A stretch of DNA of 64,000 bases from a virus. Taxonomy: Duplodnaviria > Caudoviricetes. Position 1 is the stretch's first letter, and the number at the start of each line of letters is the position of its first letter. The stretch is taken from positions 1 through 64,000 of IMG/VR virus record IMGVR_UViG_3300032270_000543; one strand, given 5' to 3'. A program made the translations under genes and the position numbers. Shown here piece after piece: positions 25,413 through 33,660 of this stretch. A model generated the notes under the pieces. It made no database searches, had not been told where the DNA came from, and saw nothing but the letters and a program-made list of their open reading frames with translations.

Positions 25413-25964
25413 TTACTGCAAGTCCTCGTTTCCAACGGTCTGACCATTGAACCGTATACTGTATGTAGTCCCAAGGTCACCACTCCACCCAACCAGTTGG
25501 ACACCAGCATCGCGCAGCATCTCGCTGCCTGCTGTAATGGAGTCGCGCCATCTATATGGTGTACGAAGAAGCAATCCGTTCAGAGTAACCACACGCTTGA
25601 TGCCAAACTGTATCATGCAACGCGCACACTCCGCGCAAGAAGCCCATGTGCAGTACATCGTCAGACCATGCGTAGGCAACGCATTATGAATGGCTTTGTA
25701 TATAATCGCGCGTTCCGCGTGTTCGGTACAGAATCCCTTGTCGCTTACCTTGCGTGGATATCCCGCAGACTCTAGCACGGAAGGAACATGGTTCCATGAC
25801 TTCAGCACAACACCCATTCCGTTGGGAACAACCAAAACGGTTCCAACCTGTGTGTTTGGATCAGTGCTGTGTCTTGCAGCCGCAAATGCGTCCTGCAAGT
25901 ACATACGATCAATCCACCAGTTGTCTGCATCGGGTGGATACTGAATGGGCGGATCATTGTCCAT
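25413..25964 (-). CDS. dCMP deaminase-like protein
   Basis: S.DPNTQVG, EHAERAII and WASCAEC zinc-deaminase motifs. Confidence 0.8.
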   Translation of the reverse strand: MDNDPPIQYPPDADNWWIDRMYLQDAFAAARHSTDPNTQVGTVLVVPNGMGVVLKSWNHVPSVLESAGYPRKVSDKGFCTEHAERAIIYKAIHNALPTHGLTMYCTWASCAECARCMIQFGIKRVVTLNGLLLRTPYRWRDSITAGSEMLRDAGVQLVGWSGDLGTTYSIRFNGQTVGNEDLQ

Positions 25965-26388
25965 TAACAAACTTTCTCCAGTCAATGGCACACCGAATTT
26001 TCCAGTGGCGATTGTTTAGTTCTTTCACGATCTCTTCAAGGAGCGCGATCTTTTCCTTCTGATACACCACCTTCTGCTGTAGTTTGGCAAGGTCTGCATC
26101 AGCCTCCAAATACAGGTCAAGATCGTTCCGCAGAATCTTCAGGGAAAACTGCTCCCATCCGCGCACGGTCAACTCTTCCTGCGACATCTTGCCTGTGTAG
26201 TACTCCCACTTGGCGCGGAGCAGGGCTTTCAGATCAAACTCACACTTGGCAAGCGCAAGTTTCTCGTCCGTCAGGAAGTTTAGGTACTTGCTGTGTAGTT
26301 GTGGGATCTTCAGGGCTTCAAGATCCAAAGCCGCGTCATCCAAGCGCACATCGCGCTCAATCTCTTTACGAATGTCGTCTAGGGTCAT
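25954..26388 (-). CDS. uvsY: recombination mediator UvsY
   Basis: L..EALKIPQLHSKYL...KWEYYTGK...YLEAD.DL...R.W.I..AIDWRKF. Confidence 0.92.
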   Translation of the reverse strand: MTLDDIRKEIERDVRLDDAALDLEALKIPQLHSKYLNFLTDEKLALAKCEFDLKALLRAKWEYYTGKMSQEELTVRGWEQFSLKILRNDLDLYLEADADLAKLQQKVVYQKEKIALLEEIVKELNNRHWKIRCAIDWRKFVNGQ

Positions 26389-26409
26389 AGGAGTTCTCCG
26401 TATGTGGAG

Positions 26410-26437
26410 ATTCTACACTATGAGGTCATGCAGTCAA
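26410..26437 (-). promoter_or_regulatory. sigma70-like promoter (TTGACT-16-TAGAAT) upstream of uvsY
   Basis: -35 at 26437-26432, -10 at 26415-26410, then a GGAG RBS. Confidence 0.65.
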
Positions 26438-26456
26438 GCACGAATCACACGAAATA

Positions 26457-26984
26457 TCAAAACAGTTTGATGCTATAACTGCGATATCCAAATATGCAAG
26501 TTGCGACAAATGGCTCAGGATCAAGCACAGTGGAAGAGAAGTCGATAGACGAGAGATTTTTTGGATACAGACCATCAAACTGAACACTCATCTTTGGGTG
26601 CTTTGTGCTGTTCAATATAAACAGGGTTGCATTCGAAAGATGGGTGGACGGATCTTTGATTTCGTTAAAGTCTTCTGTTGTGGATGCCGAGCGCATCCAG
26701 TTGAATATCTCAAGCCAGTTCTTCATCTCTTCATCAACCACAAAGCCAATAGTCAAGTCATCAAACTCAATCTTGGATGGATACTTTGCGTACACAAAAG
26801 GGGTAGGCATCTGTACTTCCGTAAGCGTAACAGTAGGCAAAGAAGCACTCTGGCAGAAATATGATACCGTTGGAAGACGAGAAATGGAGAACTGATAGTA
26901 GGTCGGTAAGAGCGGATTCATCCGCTCGGGATACCGATTTTTAAAATCTTGAGGAAATGGGCTGAAGTATTTGGTTGTATCCAT
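26457..26984 (-). CDS. 3: tail completion / tube terminator gp3
   Basis: F.I.RLP.VSYFCQ.A.LP...FDDL.I.FVVDE.MKNW.EI.NWM; located right after gp23. Confidence 0.88.
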   Translation of the reverse strand: MDTTKYFSPFPQDFKNRYPERMNPLLPTYYQFSISRLPTVSYFCQSASLPTVTLTEVQMPTPFVYAKYPSKIEFDDLTIGFVVDEEMKNWLEIFNWMRSASTTEDFNEIKDPSTHLSNATLFILNSTKHPKMSVQFDGLYPKNLSSIDFSSTVLDPEPFVATCIFGYRSYSIKLF

Positions 26985-26989
26985 ATCAG

Positions 26990-26996
26990 TATGTAG
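26990..26996 (-). promoter_or_regulatory. late-promoter variant CTACATA
   Basis: Between the gp23 terminator and the gp3 ATG (5 nt gap). Confidence 0.55.
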
Positions 26997-27001
26997 AAAC
27001 G

Positions 27002-27029
27002 AAAAGGGGGAGAGGTTTCCCTCTCCCCC
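27002..27029 (-). terminator. intrinsic terminator after gp23
   Basis: 10-bp stem GGGGGAGAGG/CCTCTCCCCC, GAAA loop, followed by TTTTCGTTT on the minus strand. Confidence 0.9.
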
Positions 27030-27053
27030 GATCCGTAAGGTTAGTGCTGTCTA

Positions 27054-28529
27054 TTACGAAGCCACGCCGTGGAGGTTGTCCACGCGGAAGATACGATAGT
27101 AGACATTGGTACGAGCGGTGAGGCGACCCAGACCCTGAGTTGTGCCTTCCGCGAAGGGGTTCGCAACCATGCCGTAGCGGGTCTTGAACGCCATCTTGGG
27201 CTGGAAGGTATCAGTGGTCACAGCGCGCATCATCTGTAGCGGGACATAGGGGCAGTAGAACAGACCCGCATCATACGGGCTGGTTCCCTTATATCCAACG
27301 CAGACGAAGTTGGGAGCCGTGCTGGCGGTGCTGACATCGACATAGGGGTCAATGTAGACCTTGATCTTGCCGTTGAGCGTACCTGCGAAGGTGTTGCCCG
27401 TATCGTCAACATCAAGGCTGACATTCAGCGCAGGGCTGATGTTCAGGAAGCCACCCATTGCGAGGGCACTGGCAACATCTGCCGAGCAGATGATGAAGTT
27501 ACCCTTGCCACGACGAGTGTCCTTGGCGATCTGGTTGCACTCACGCTCAATCTGGAACATCAGACCACGGAACTTTTCCGCGCTCCAACGACCATCCGAG
27601 TCCTGAATGAGATCGTAGACACCACCGTAGACAGTACCAGCAGCAGCGGTTGTTAGACCACCAGTGACGGTACGGTAGTACAGGTCGTTCTGCTGTGCGC
27701 CGAGTTTAGCGGTGCGGTACACATTGCGGACAACTTCGCGGTTGATTTCAGCAAGGATTTCCGTGCTGAGAATGTTGGCGAGTTCTGTCTCAGCGTCAAG
27801 ACCGTGGATAGCCTTGAGATCCTGAGCCAGTTCGACCGAGTACGATGCAGCAAGCATACGGGTCGAAGCCTGAACGCCGACGCGCTCAATGCTGAATGCC
27901 ATTTCCTGAGGAGCGTTGCCTTCACCGTAGGAGGTGAGCAAGCCAGCACCTGTGGTCAGACCGCTGTTGCTGGTCGGATCAAGGTTTGTGCCTGCGTATC
28001 CGTAGAACGGATCAACACCCGTGTTTGGACCGAATCCAGCGGTGTTGCCGTAGGAGATACCACCTGCGGCAGTACCACCCGAAGCAAAGCCACTGGACGA
28101 AGGACCAGTCGAACCCGAGAAGGTAGCGGCTGCTTCGTTGTACAGGGCTTCGTTTCCAGCCTGACCAGCGTAACGGCTACGCATTGCGAAGATCAGACCT
28201 GTCGGAGCCGACATAGCCTGAACGCCGCAGATGTCATAAGCCATCAGGTTGGGCATAGCGCGACGAACCAACTGGATGAGAATTGGATCGTAGCCACGCA
28301 TTGCTGCGTTTTCGCCACCTGGAGCGAGTCCTGACATACCAGCACCGATGCCGTTGACAGGCGAAGCCTCAACGAGCATCTGCTCCTTGATAGCCTTCTC
28401 CTGATTCTCAAGCAGCGTAGCCAGTGTGGCACGCTTATGGGCATCCGCAATCGGAGCCATGTCCTTGTGATCAATGACGGGCTTCCACTTACGGATAGCC
28501 TGTTCTGTTAGAAACTTATTCTGTTCCAT
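27054..28529 (-). CDS. 23: major capsid protein gp23
   Basis: LLENQE, YDPILIQLVRRAMPNL, ELAQDLKAIHGLDAE.ELANILS.EI.AEINRE, FYCPYVPL and KTRYG motifs. Confidence 0.98.
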   Translation of the reverse strand: MEQNKFLTEQAIRKWKPVIDHKDMAPIADAHKRATLATLLENQEKAIKEQMLVEASPVNGIGAGMSGLAPGGENAAMRGYDPILIQLVRRAMPNLMAYDICGVQAMSAPTGLIFAMRSRYAGQAGNEALYNEAAATFSGSTGPSSSGFASGGTAAGGISYGNTAGFGPNTGVDPFYGYAGTNLDPTSNSGLTTGAGLLTSYGEGNAPQEMAFSIERVGVQASTRMLAASYSVELAQDLKAIHGLDAETELANILSTEILAEINREVVRNVYRTAKLGAQQNDLYYRTVTGGLTTAAAGTVYGGVYDLIQDSDGRWSAEKFRGLMFQIERECNQIAKDTRRGKGNFIICSADVASALAMGGFLNISPALNVSLDVDDTGNTFAGTLNGKIKVYIDPYVDVSTASTAPNFVCVGYKGTSPYDAGLFYCPYVPLQMMRAVTTDTFQPKMAFKTRYGMVANPFAEGTTQGLGRLTARTNVYYRIFRVDNLHGVAS

Positions 28530-28551
28530 TTTCCTACTCCTTGATTGTTAA

Positions 28552-28567
28552 CAGCCCACGCGGGCTG
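28552..28567 (-). promoter_or_regulatory. GC-rich hairpin in the gp22-gp23 intergenic leader
   Basis: CAGCCC-GCGT-GGGCTG just upstream of the AAGGAG RBS, with no U-tract; possible mRNA stabiliser or processing site. Confidence 0.4.
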
Positions 28568-28587
28568 AAAGAAACTGAATTTGAAGA

Positions 28588-29781
28588 TTACTCTTCCTTT
28601 TTGCTCATTGAGCGCACATACGCCTCAACGAGCGGGGACGCTTCGGTTGCCTCTTCGTAGGATTCCTCAAGGGACTCCTCCTCTGCGGTTTCCTCGGCAA
28701 CGCTTCCGATGCTTTCGATGTTCTCACGGAGAACACCGACCTTCTCGGCAAACTGCTCAACGGTGTCGAAGTCCAGGTCTTCTGCAAGACGACGGAGTTT
28801 TTCGACCTCTGTATCAGTTAGTCCTTCGGAAATCTCGCGGAAGACGATCTCGCACTTCAACTGCTCGACCTCCTCAACGAGTTCCATGTTCTTTTCAACC
28901 TGACTCTGTAGTTCACCGTCAAGGTTTTCGACCTCTTCAACGGTGGACTCAAACAGGTCCAACTTCTCTTCGGGAACCTCAATGTACGACTCGGCAAAGA
29001 GCGAACGGAGATTACCAATGAAGTTCTCGGTGATCTCGGTGCGGAGTCCCTGCTCAACAGCAAGGCGGTTCTCCTGCATCCACTCCTCAACCACATAGTT
29101 CAGGTAGTCGTCAATACGCTCAACGAGTTCTTCGGTGACAGCAACAGTGTGCTGCTCCAGCAGATCCTCGTACTGTGCTTGAACTTCTTCTTCAATCTGA
29201 CGAGTGCGCTCGTTGAGGTGAGCCTCAAACAGAGTAGCAGCCGAAGTCTTGAAGTCCTCGGAGAGTTCCTGACCACTGAACAGGGCGTCAATGTCTTCTT
29301 TGACAGCCTTGGGCTTCTCGACCTTGCCGTTGGCATCGCTCTTCTTAGCCTTGATGCTGCCCTGATTCTTGCCACTGGCATCGCCTGTTGGCGCAACGAT
29401 CTCTGCACCCTTGCCGTTGGCAGTCTGGTACAGTTTCTTGTCGGCGTAGTCGGACACGGCTTCTTCCACCTCGGTCTTGCCCTTCTTGCCGAACTTGCCC
29501 TTGAGGAAAGCAGGCATCTTCTTCTTGCCCTTGCTGTCCTCCTCTTCGGAGTCTTCTTCCTCGTCTTCGTCCTCGGACTCCTCGTCTTCGGACTCTTCGT
29601 CCTCCGACTCCTCTTCCTTGGCTTCTTCGATTTCTTCTTCGTGGAGTTCTTCCTCAGCGATGGCTTCCTCATCGGAGGTGTCCTCGCCCTCGGTGATCTC
29701 CTGCTCCTCGGCGTTCTCCGCAAGGAAGCCTTCGCCCAGGATTACCTTCTTGATGACATCTTCGATCTTTTCGTTAGCCAT
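28588..29781 (-). CDS. 22: prohead core scaffold gp22
   Basis: Highly acidic; LSEDFK..A..LFEA and IDDYLNYVVEEWM.EN.LAVE.GLR.EI.E.F motifs. Confidence 0.94.
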   Translation of the reverse strand: MANEKIEDVIKKVILGEGFLAENAEEQEITEGEDTSDEEAIAEEELHEEEIEEAKEEESEDEESEDEESEDEDEEEDSEEEDSKGKKKMPAFLKGKFGKKGKTEVEEAVSDYADKKLYQTANGKGAEIVAPTGDASGKNQGSIKAKKSDANGKVEKPKAVKEDIDALFSGQELSEDFKTSAATLFEAHLNERTRQIEEEVQAQYEDLLEQHTVAVTEELVERIDDYLNYVVEEWMQENRLAVEQGLRTEITENFIGNLRSLFAESYIEVPEEKLDLFESTVEEVENLDGELQSQVEKNMELVEEVEQLKCEIVFREISEGLTDTEVEKLRRLAEDLDFDTVEQFAEKVGVLRENIESIGSVAEETAEEESLEESYEEATEASPLVEAYVRSMSKKEE

Positions 29782-29805
29782 GACTGTTGATCTCCTTCTA
29801 TGAGA

Positions 29806-29812
29806 TATTTAG
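29806..29812 (-). promoter_or_regulatory. late-promoter motif CTAAATA upstream of gp22
   Basis: Intergenic, followed by AAGGAG. Confidence 0.75.
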
Positions 29813-29817
29813 ACTCG

Positions 29818-30459
29818 TCAGAGTTTTGAAATGAAGTCCTTGAACAGCCGCATGGCTTGTTCTTCCAAATTGCGAGATGAGGTCTTTTCGATGATCTTCT
29901 TGTAGTTCTCAACCTCTACAGGCTTGAGGACTCCACCATCCCAAATCCACTCCCGTCCTTCCATGATGCCGTTGACAAAAGCATTGGGAGCAGAAGGATC
30001 TGCCACCACATCCACCGCAGCCAGCATGAAGTCTTCCTGCACCACATTCACCCCGTCCTGCTCCTTCAGACTGCCCATGCCACGGGACGAAACGCCCAGT
30101 TTGACACCTTCGTCTATGAGGTTGCGGACAATCTTGCCGTATGGGGTATCAAGAATCTTGGCTTTGCCGTAGATGTCGTTGCCTTCTAGGCGCAGATCCT
30201 TGATGAGGTGAGAAACGCGCTCTAGGTTCACGGTTGGACCCTCGGGGTGTCCAAGTTCGCCCATAGCGCGGTTGGTTTTTACATATTCGTTGTTGTACCG
30301 CTTCAATTCCTTCTCCATGACAGGCATGGGGTACACGCGACCGTTGCGATTCTTCGCTTCAGCCTGCATGAACACGCCTTCAATGAAGTAGTGCTTCTGA
30401 CCGTTCTTTTCTTCGGTCAGAATGTTGATGTCCTGAACGGTTTCGGTAATGAGTTTCAT
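29818..30459 (-). CDS. 21: prohead protease gp21
   Basis: MKLITE, NRNGRVYP, GELGHP, GVSSRGMGS and DVVADPSAP.AFV.GIME motifs. Confidence 0.97.
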   Translation of the reverse strand: MKLITETVQDINILTEEKNGQKHYFIEGVFMQAEAKNRNGRVYPMPVMEKELKRYNNEYVKTNRAMGELGHPEGPTVNLERVSHLIKDLRLEGNDIYGKAKILDTPYGKIVRNLIDEGVKLGVSSRGMGSLKEQDGVNVVQEDFMLAAVDVVADPSAPNAFVNGIMEGREWIWDGGVLKPVEVENYKKIIEKTSSRNLEEQAMRLFKDFISKL

Positions 30460-31148
30460 TAGTCCTTGCCCGCCTTCTTGTTGTGCAGTTTCCAAGCAGT
30501 GGCGTACATGACGCTCTTGCCGCGCTTGCCGTACTGCTTGGCAAACGAAGCCTTGGTGTGCTTGGAGCCTGTCATCTTCTCCATGTCGGGAGGGGAAACT
30601 TCATCCAACTGCTCTGTTTCTTCCTTCACGGGTGTGATCTTGCCTACAACTTTGCCACCTTTGCCGTACAGTCGGGTGTTGTCGCCCTTCTCTTTGTAGT
30701 TTTTGTCGGCTACTTTAGCCAACTTCTTGTTAGCAGCCTTTGTATTCTTGAGACTGCCCTTCTTGCCCATTACCGAATTGTACCATTTATCGGCTGCGAC
30801 CTTTTGCTTCATATCCATTTCATCGGAACGCTCACGGGTCTGCGCCATCTCGTCCAGTTCGGCTTCTTCCTTCATCGCACCAGCGGGAACGCCCTTGCCC
30901 AGTTTAGCCTTGTAGCCTGCCTTCTTCACCGTATCCCGAGCAGCCTTGAACTTGTCTTCGCTTGCACCAGCGGGAACGCCAGTGTCGGGAGCAGTCTTGG
31001 CTTCGTTGAACACACCGTTAGCAACAGCAAAGCGAGCCTCGTCAAGAGCGAGTGATGCCTTGGCATAGAGTGACTTGAAGACCAATTCCTTGGCTTCGGC
31101 AAAACTCTTGTTCAACAGGGCTTTAGCAATCTGCTTGTTTGTGTCCAT
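30459..31148 (-). CDS. prohead core / internal head protein (gp67/68 position)
   Basis: Between portal and protease; Lys-rich segments separated by xxE sites; YATAWK C-terminal motif. Confidence 0.65.
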   Translation of the reverse strand: MDTNKQIAKALLNKSFAEAKELVFKSLYAKASLALDEARFAVANGVFNEAKTAPDTGVPAGASEDKFKAARDTVKKAGYKAKLGKGVPAGAMKEEAELDEMAQTRERSDEMDMKQKVAADKWYNSVMGKKGSLKNTKAANKKLAKVADKNYKEKGDNTRLYGKGGKVVGKITPVKEETEQLDEVSPPDMEKMTGSKHTKASFAKQYGKRGKSVMYATAWKLHNKKAGKD

Positions 31149-31171
31149 GTGCTGTCTCCTTTACGACCCAT

Positions 31172-31178
31172 TATTTAG
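31172..31178 (-). promoter_or_regulatory. late-promoter motif CTAAATA
   Basis: About 24 nt upstream of ATG 31148. Confidence 0.7.
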
Positions 31179-31342
31179 TTATGTTCAGCGTTTGACTCGG
31201 AATCTGCTTCGTCCGATTGCGTGATTTCTCCCCGCAAAAGACTGTTTGAAATAATTTCTCGCTCGGTTTCAAGCCGTTCTGCCACCTTATCACGGAGCGA
31301 TGCGTAGATGCCTGCTTTAAATTGTTCGTATGATTCTGGCAT
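31175..31342 (-). CDS. 55-aa gp67-like prohead core peptide
   Basis: MPESYEQFKAGIYASLRDKVAERLETEREIISNSLLRGEITQSDEADSESNAEHN; GAGG RBS; different frame from track ORF 31171..31353. Confidence 0.65.
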   Translation of the reverse strand: MPESYEQFKAGIYASLRDKVAERLETEREIISNSLLRGEITQSDEADSESNAEHN

Positions 31343-31349
31343 AATGACC

Positions 31350-33008
31350 TCACTGATTTAGTCCACGATCAGGATCGTCCTCGGGAGCGATCTCACCAAT
31401 AGTCACTTCGGGATCTTGTTCCTGTGGCTGTGCTTGCGGTGCGCCCTGTGGCTGTTCTCCACCCGCCACGGGTGCGCCTTCTGGTGGTGCTGCACCTTCT
31501 GGAGCCGCAATCAGACCAGCAGCCTGTTCTTCCTTGACCTGTTTGTCGATTTGCTCAATATCGTCATCGGTCTGCCGCAGCACATACTTGCGGATCCACT
31601 CGCGGGAATAGTACTTGCCTACGAAATCCTCAGCATCTCTTGCACTAGCAAGGCGATCCTTGAGAATTTCACTTTCCTTTAGTTCAGAGAAGTGCGAGTC
31701 CTTAGCAAATCGGAATCCGATCTTGCCTTCCATATCTTCCCACTCTTCATCCTTGATGATGCCTTTCAGCACCAACTGAATTCGCAGTAGTTCAAGGAAT
31801 AGTTCAGAGAACTTCATGCGTAGACGGTCAATGAAGTGTGAGAACTTCACCTCATCGCGGCTGATCTCCGATGCCTTGCCCATATTGAAACCAGTGGTTT
31901 CCTCAAGACGAGACACAGGCACATTGAGTGCTTGGAACAGTTTCTTCTGGAAATACTTGACATCATCCATTTCCGAAAGATTCTGTCCGCCTTCAAGCGT
32001 GGAGATTTCAGTACCACGCCCACCTTCGCGGCGCGGCATCCAGAAGTCTTCAAGCATGGACAGGTGCTTGCGCGAATCCGCAACCTCACCTGTCGCGGGA
32101 TCGTACATGAGTTTGTTGCGGTACTTCTGCATGAGTCCGCGCACATACTCTTCAGCCTTCTGCTTGGGCAGGTTGCCGACATCCACATAGAATACGCGCC
32201 GCTCGGGGGCGCGGGTGATGCGATAGATCACCACTGCGTCCTCAATCATGCGGAGTTGGTTCAAGGCTTTGATAGCCTTGTGCAGGTAGCCGATGATCTT
32301 CTTCTTGTATGCGTCGTACAGCCCGCTGTGGACAAAGCAAATGGAGTCTGGCTGAATCTTCAGCCCTTCCATCGACAGGGCGGTGGAGTTCGGCTCGCTC
32401 TCGTTGTACACATAGAATTCTTCAACCGAAGTCACTACCTGTGCGCCTTGTGCGCGATTCTGATCCAGTGGCTTCTTGTTGATGCGACGAATCTTACGCA
32501 TCTTCACGGGATCAATAGGACGCAACTCCTTGATGCCCTTCTTCTTATTGGATTCGTCAACAATGATATGGTAATACAGACGGCTATCAATATACCATTT
32601 CCGAAAAATCTCAAAACCTCTACGATTGAAGTTGAGCAGTTTCAGAACAGTTTCGAACTCCAATTCGATCTTATTCTTGATGTTCTGCGACACCTCGATA
32701 TTGGCTGTGTCGATCTTTACGGTTGACAGTGTATCGTCATATACAATCGCTTCATTGCAAATATCCGAGATTGCCGACTCCACTTCGGGGTGGAGTGCCA
32801 TGTCTCGGTACTTGCGAATCAGGTCGATGTCGGTCTTGATTGAACCATCGAAATCAACTATCTGACCAAAGTATCCACCAACCTCAATCGGAACCGCACC
32901 GTCATCGTAGTCAGGTGGGACAAAGGAAAGAGACTTCTTGGGAGTTTCCTCCTTCGAAGTCTCCTTATCCTTTTTGGAGATAGAAAAGCCAAATAGGTTG
33001 ATAGCCAT
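31350..33008 (-). CDS. 20: portal vertex protein gp20
   Basis: YR.MALHPEVESAI.DI.NE, NQLRMIEDAVVIYRITRAPERRVFYVDVGNLPK and EDFWMPRREGGRGTEI motifs. Confidence 0.98.
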   Translation of the reverse strand: MAINLFGFSISKKDKETSKEETPKKSLSFVPPDYDDGAVPIEVGGYFGQIVDFDGSIKTDIDLIRKYRDMALHPEVESAISDICNEAIVYDDTLSTVKIDTANIEVSQNIKNKIELEFETVLKLLNFNRRGFEIFRKWYIDSRLYYHIIVDESNKKKGIKELRPIDPVKMRKIRRINKKPLDQNRAQGAQVVTSVEEFYVYNESEPNSTALSMEGLKIQPDSICFVHSGLYDAYKKKIIGYLHKAIKALNQLRMIEDAVVIYRITRAPERRVFYVDVGNLPKQKAEEYVRGLMQKYRNKLMYDPATGEVADSRKHLSMLEDFWMPRREGGRGTEISTLEGGQNLSEMDDVKYFQKKLFQALNVPVSRLEETTGFNMGKASEISRDEVKFSHFIDRLRMKFSELFLELLRIQLVLKGIIKDEEWEDMEGKIGFRFAKDSHFSELKESEILKDRLASARDAEDFVGKYYSREWIRKYVLRQTDDDIEQIDKQVKEEQAAGLIAAPEGAAPPEGAPVAGGEQPQGAPQAQPQEQDPEVTIGEIAPEDDPDRGLNQ

Positions 33009-33036
33009 GAATAAAGAATCCTGTCAAAAAGACTGA

Positions 33037-33624
33037 TTAGAACGAAACTGGGACGGGAGCCAATACGGGAGTGACTTCCGAGAACTTCGGAACAGTCGAT
33101 CCCTGAGCGGCTTCCCACCAAGAGTAGTTCAGCGTCACTGGGAATTCTGCAATCTGATCGTTGTTTTCATACGACAGATCAATCGCGCCGACTTCACTTG
33201 GGAAGCAGCCGATGAAACTATACGAACGGAGAGCCGAACCATCGCGGTTCAGTTGGGTAACCGTCCATGTCTTCATCAGGCTCATAAAGTTTGGCGTAGT
33301 GATGTTGCCGACATGAGAGTTGAACTGCGCGCTCCAGTATTCAAAAGCAGAACGCAGGCTGTATCCTGTGTCGGAAATCACCGTGATGCTCCAATCCTGG
33401 AACGAACGATCTCCAGGAATCTTGATGCGGCGACCGCGATACGGGATTTCGATGGTTCCGAGCGATGAGTTCGGGATCTGTGCAGCCTTGATAAGGAACT
33501 GCACATTGCGAGCATCACCGTTGTAACCAGGAATCTCGCCGCTGACGGCAAAAAGGTTGGTACGAACGCCACCACCAGCAAAAGCATTTACGAAACCTGA
33601 AATGTTATTAGTGTTGATTGGCAT
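33037..33624 (-). CDS. 19: tail tube protein gp19
   Basis: GGG.RTNLF, KAAQIP.S.LG.IEIPYRGR.IK..GDR.F.DW and FP.EVG.IDLSY motifs. Confidence 0.95.
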   Translation of the reverse strand: MPINTNNISGFVNAFAGGGVRTNLFAVSGEIPGYNGDARNVQFLIKAAQIPNSSLGTIEIPYRGRRIKIPGDRSFQDWSITVISDTGYSLRSAFEYWSAQFNSHVGNITTPNFMSLMKTWTVTQLNRDGSALRSYSFIGCFPSEVGAIDLSYENNDQIAEFPVTLNYSWWEAAQGSTVPKFSEVTPVLAPVPVSF

Positions 33625-33650
33625 GGATTACTCCTTGTGTCTTCCTGTCC

Positions 33651-33657
33651 TATTTAG
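33651..33657 (-). promoter_or_regulatory. late-promoter motif CTAAATA upstream of gp19
   Basis: Intergenic, followed by AAGGAG. Confidence 0.75.
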
Positions 33658-33660
33658 ACA

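Noticed and set aside
29520-29720. Low-complexity tcttc/tcctc repeats
   Set aside because: They encode the Glu/Asp/Ser-rich N-terminus of scaffold gp22, which is expected
31171-31353. Track ORF of 60 aa between portal and core protein
   Set aside because: The alternative frame 31175..31342 has an RBS and a gp67-like acidic helical sequence
33020-33030. TTGACA upstream of gp20
   Set aside because: No -10 hexamer at a suitable distance before the ATG
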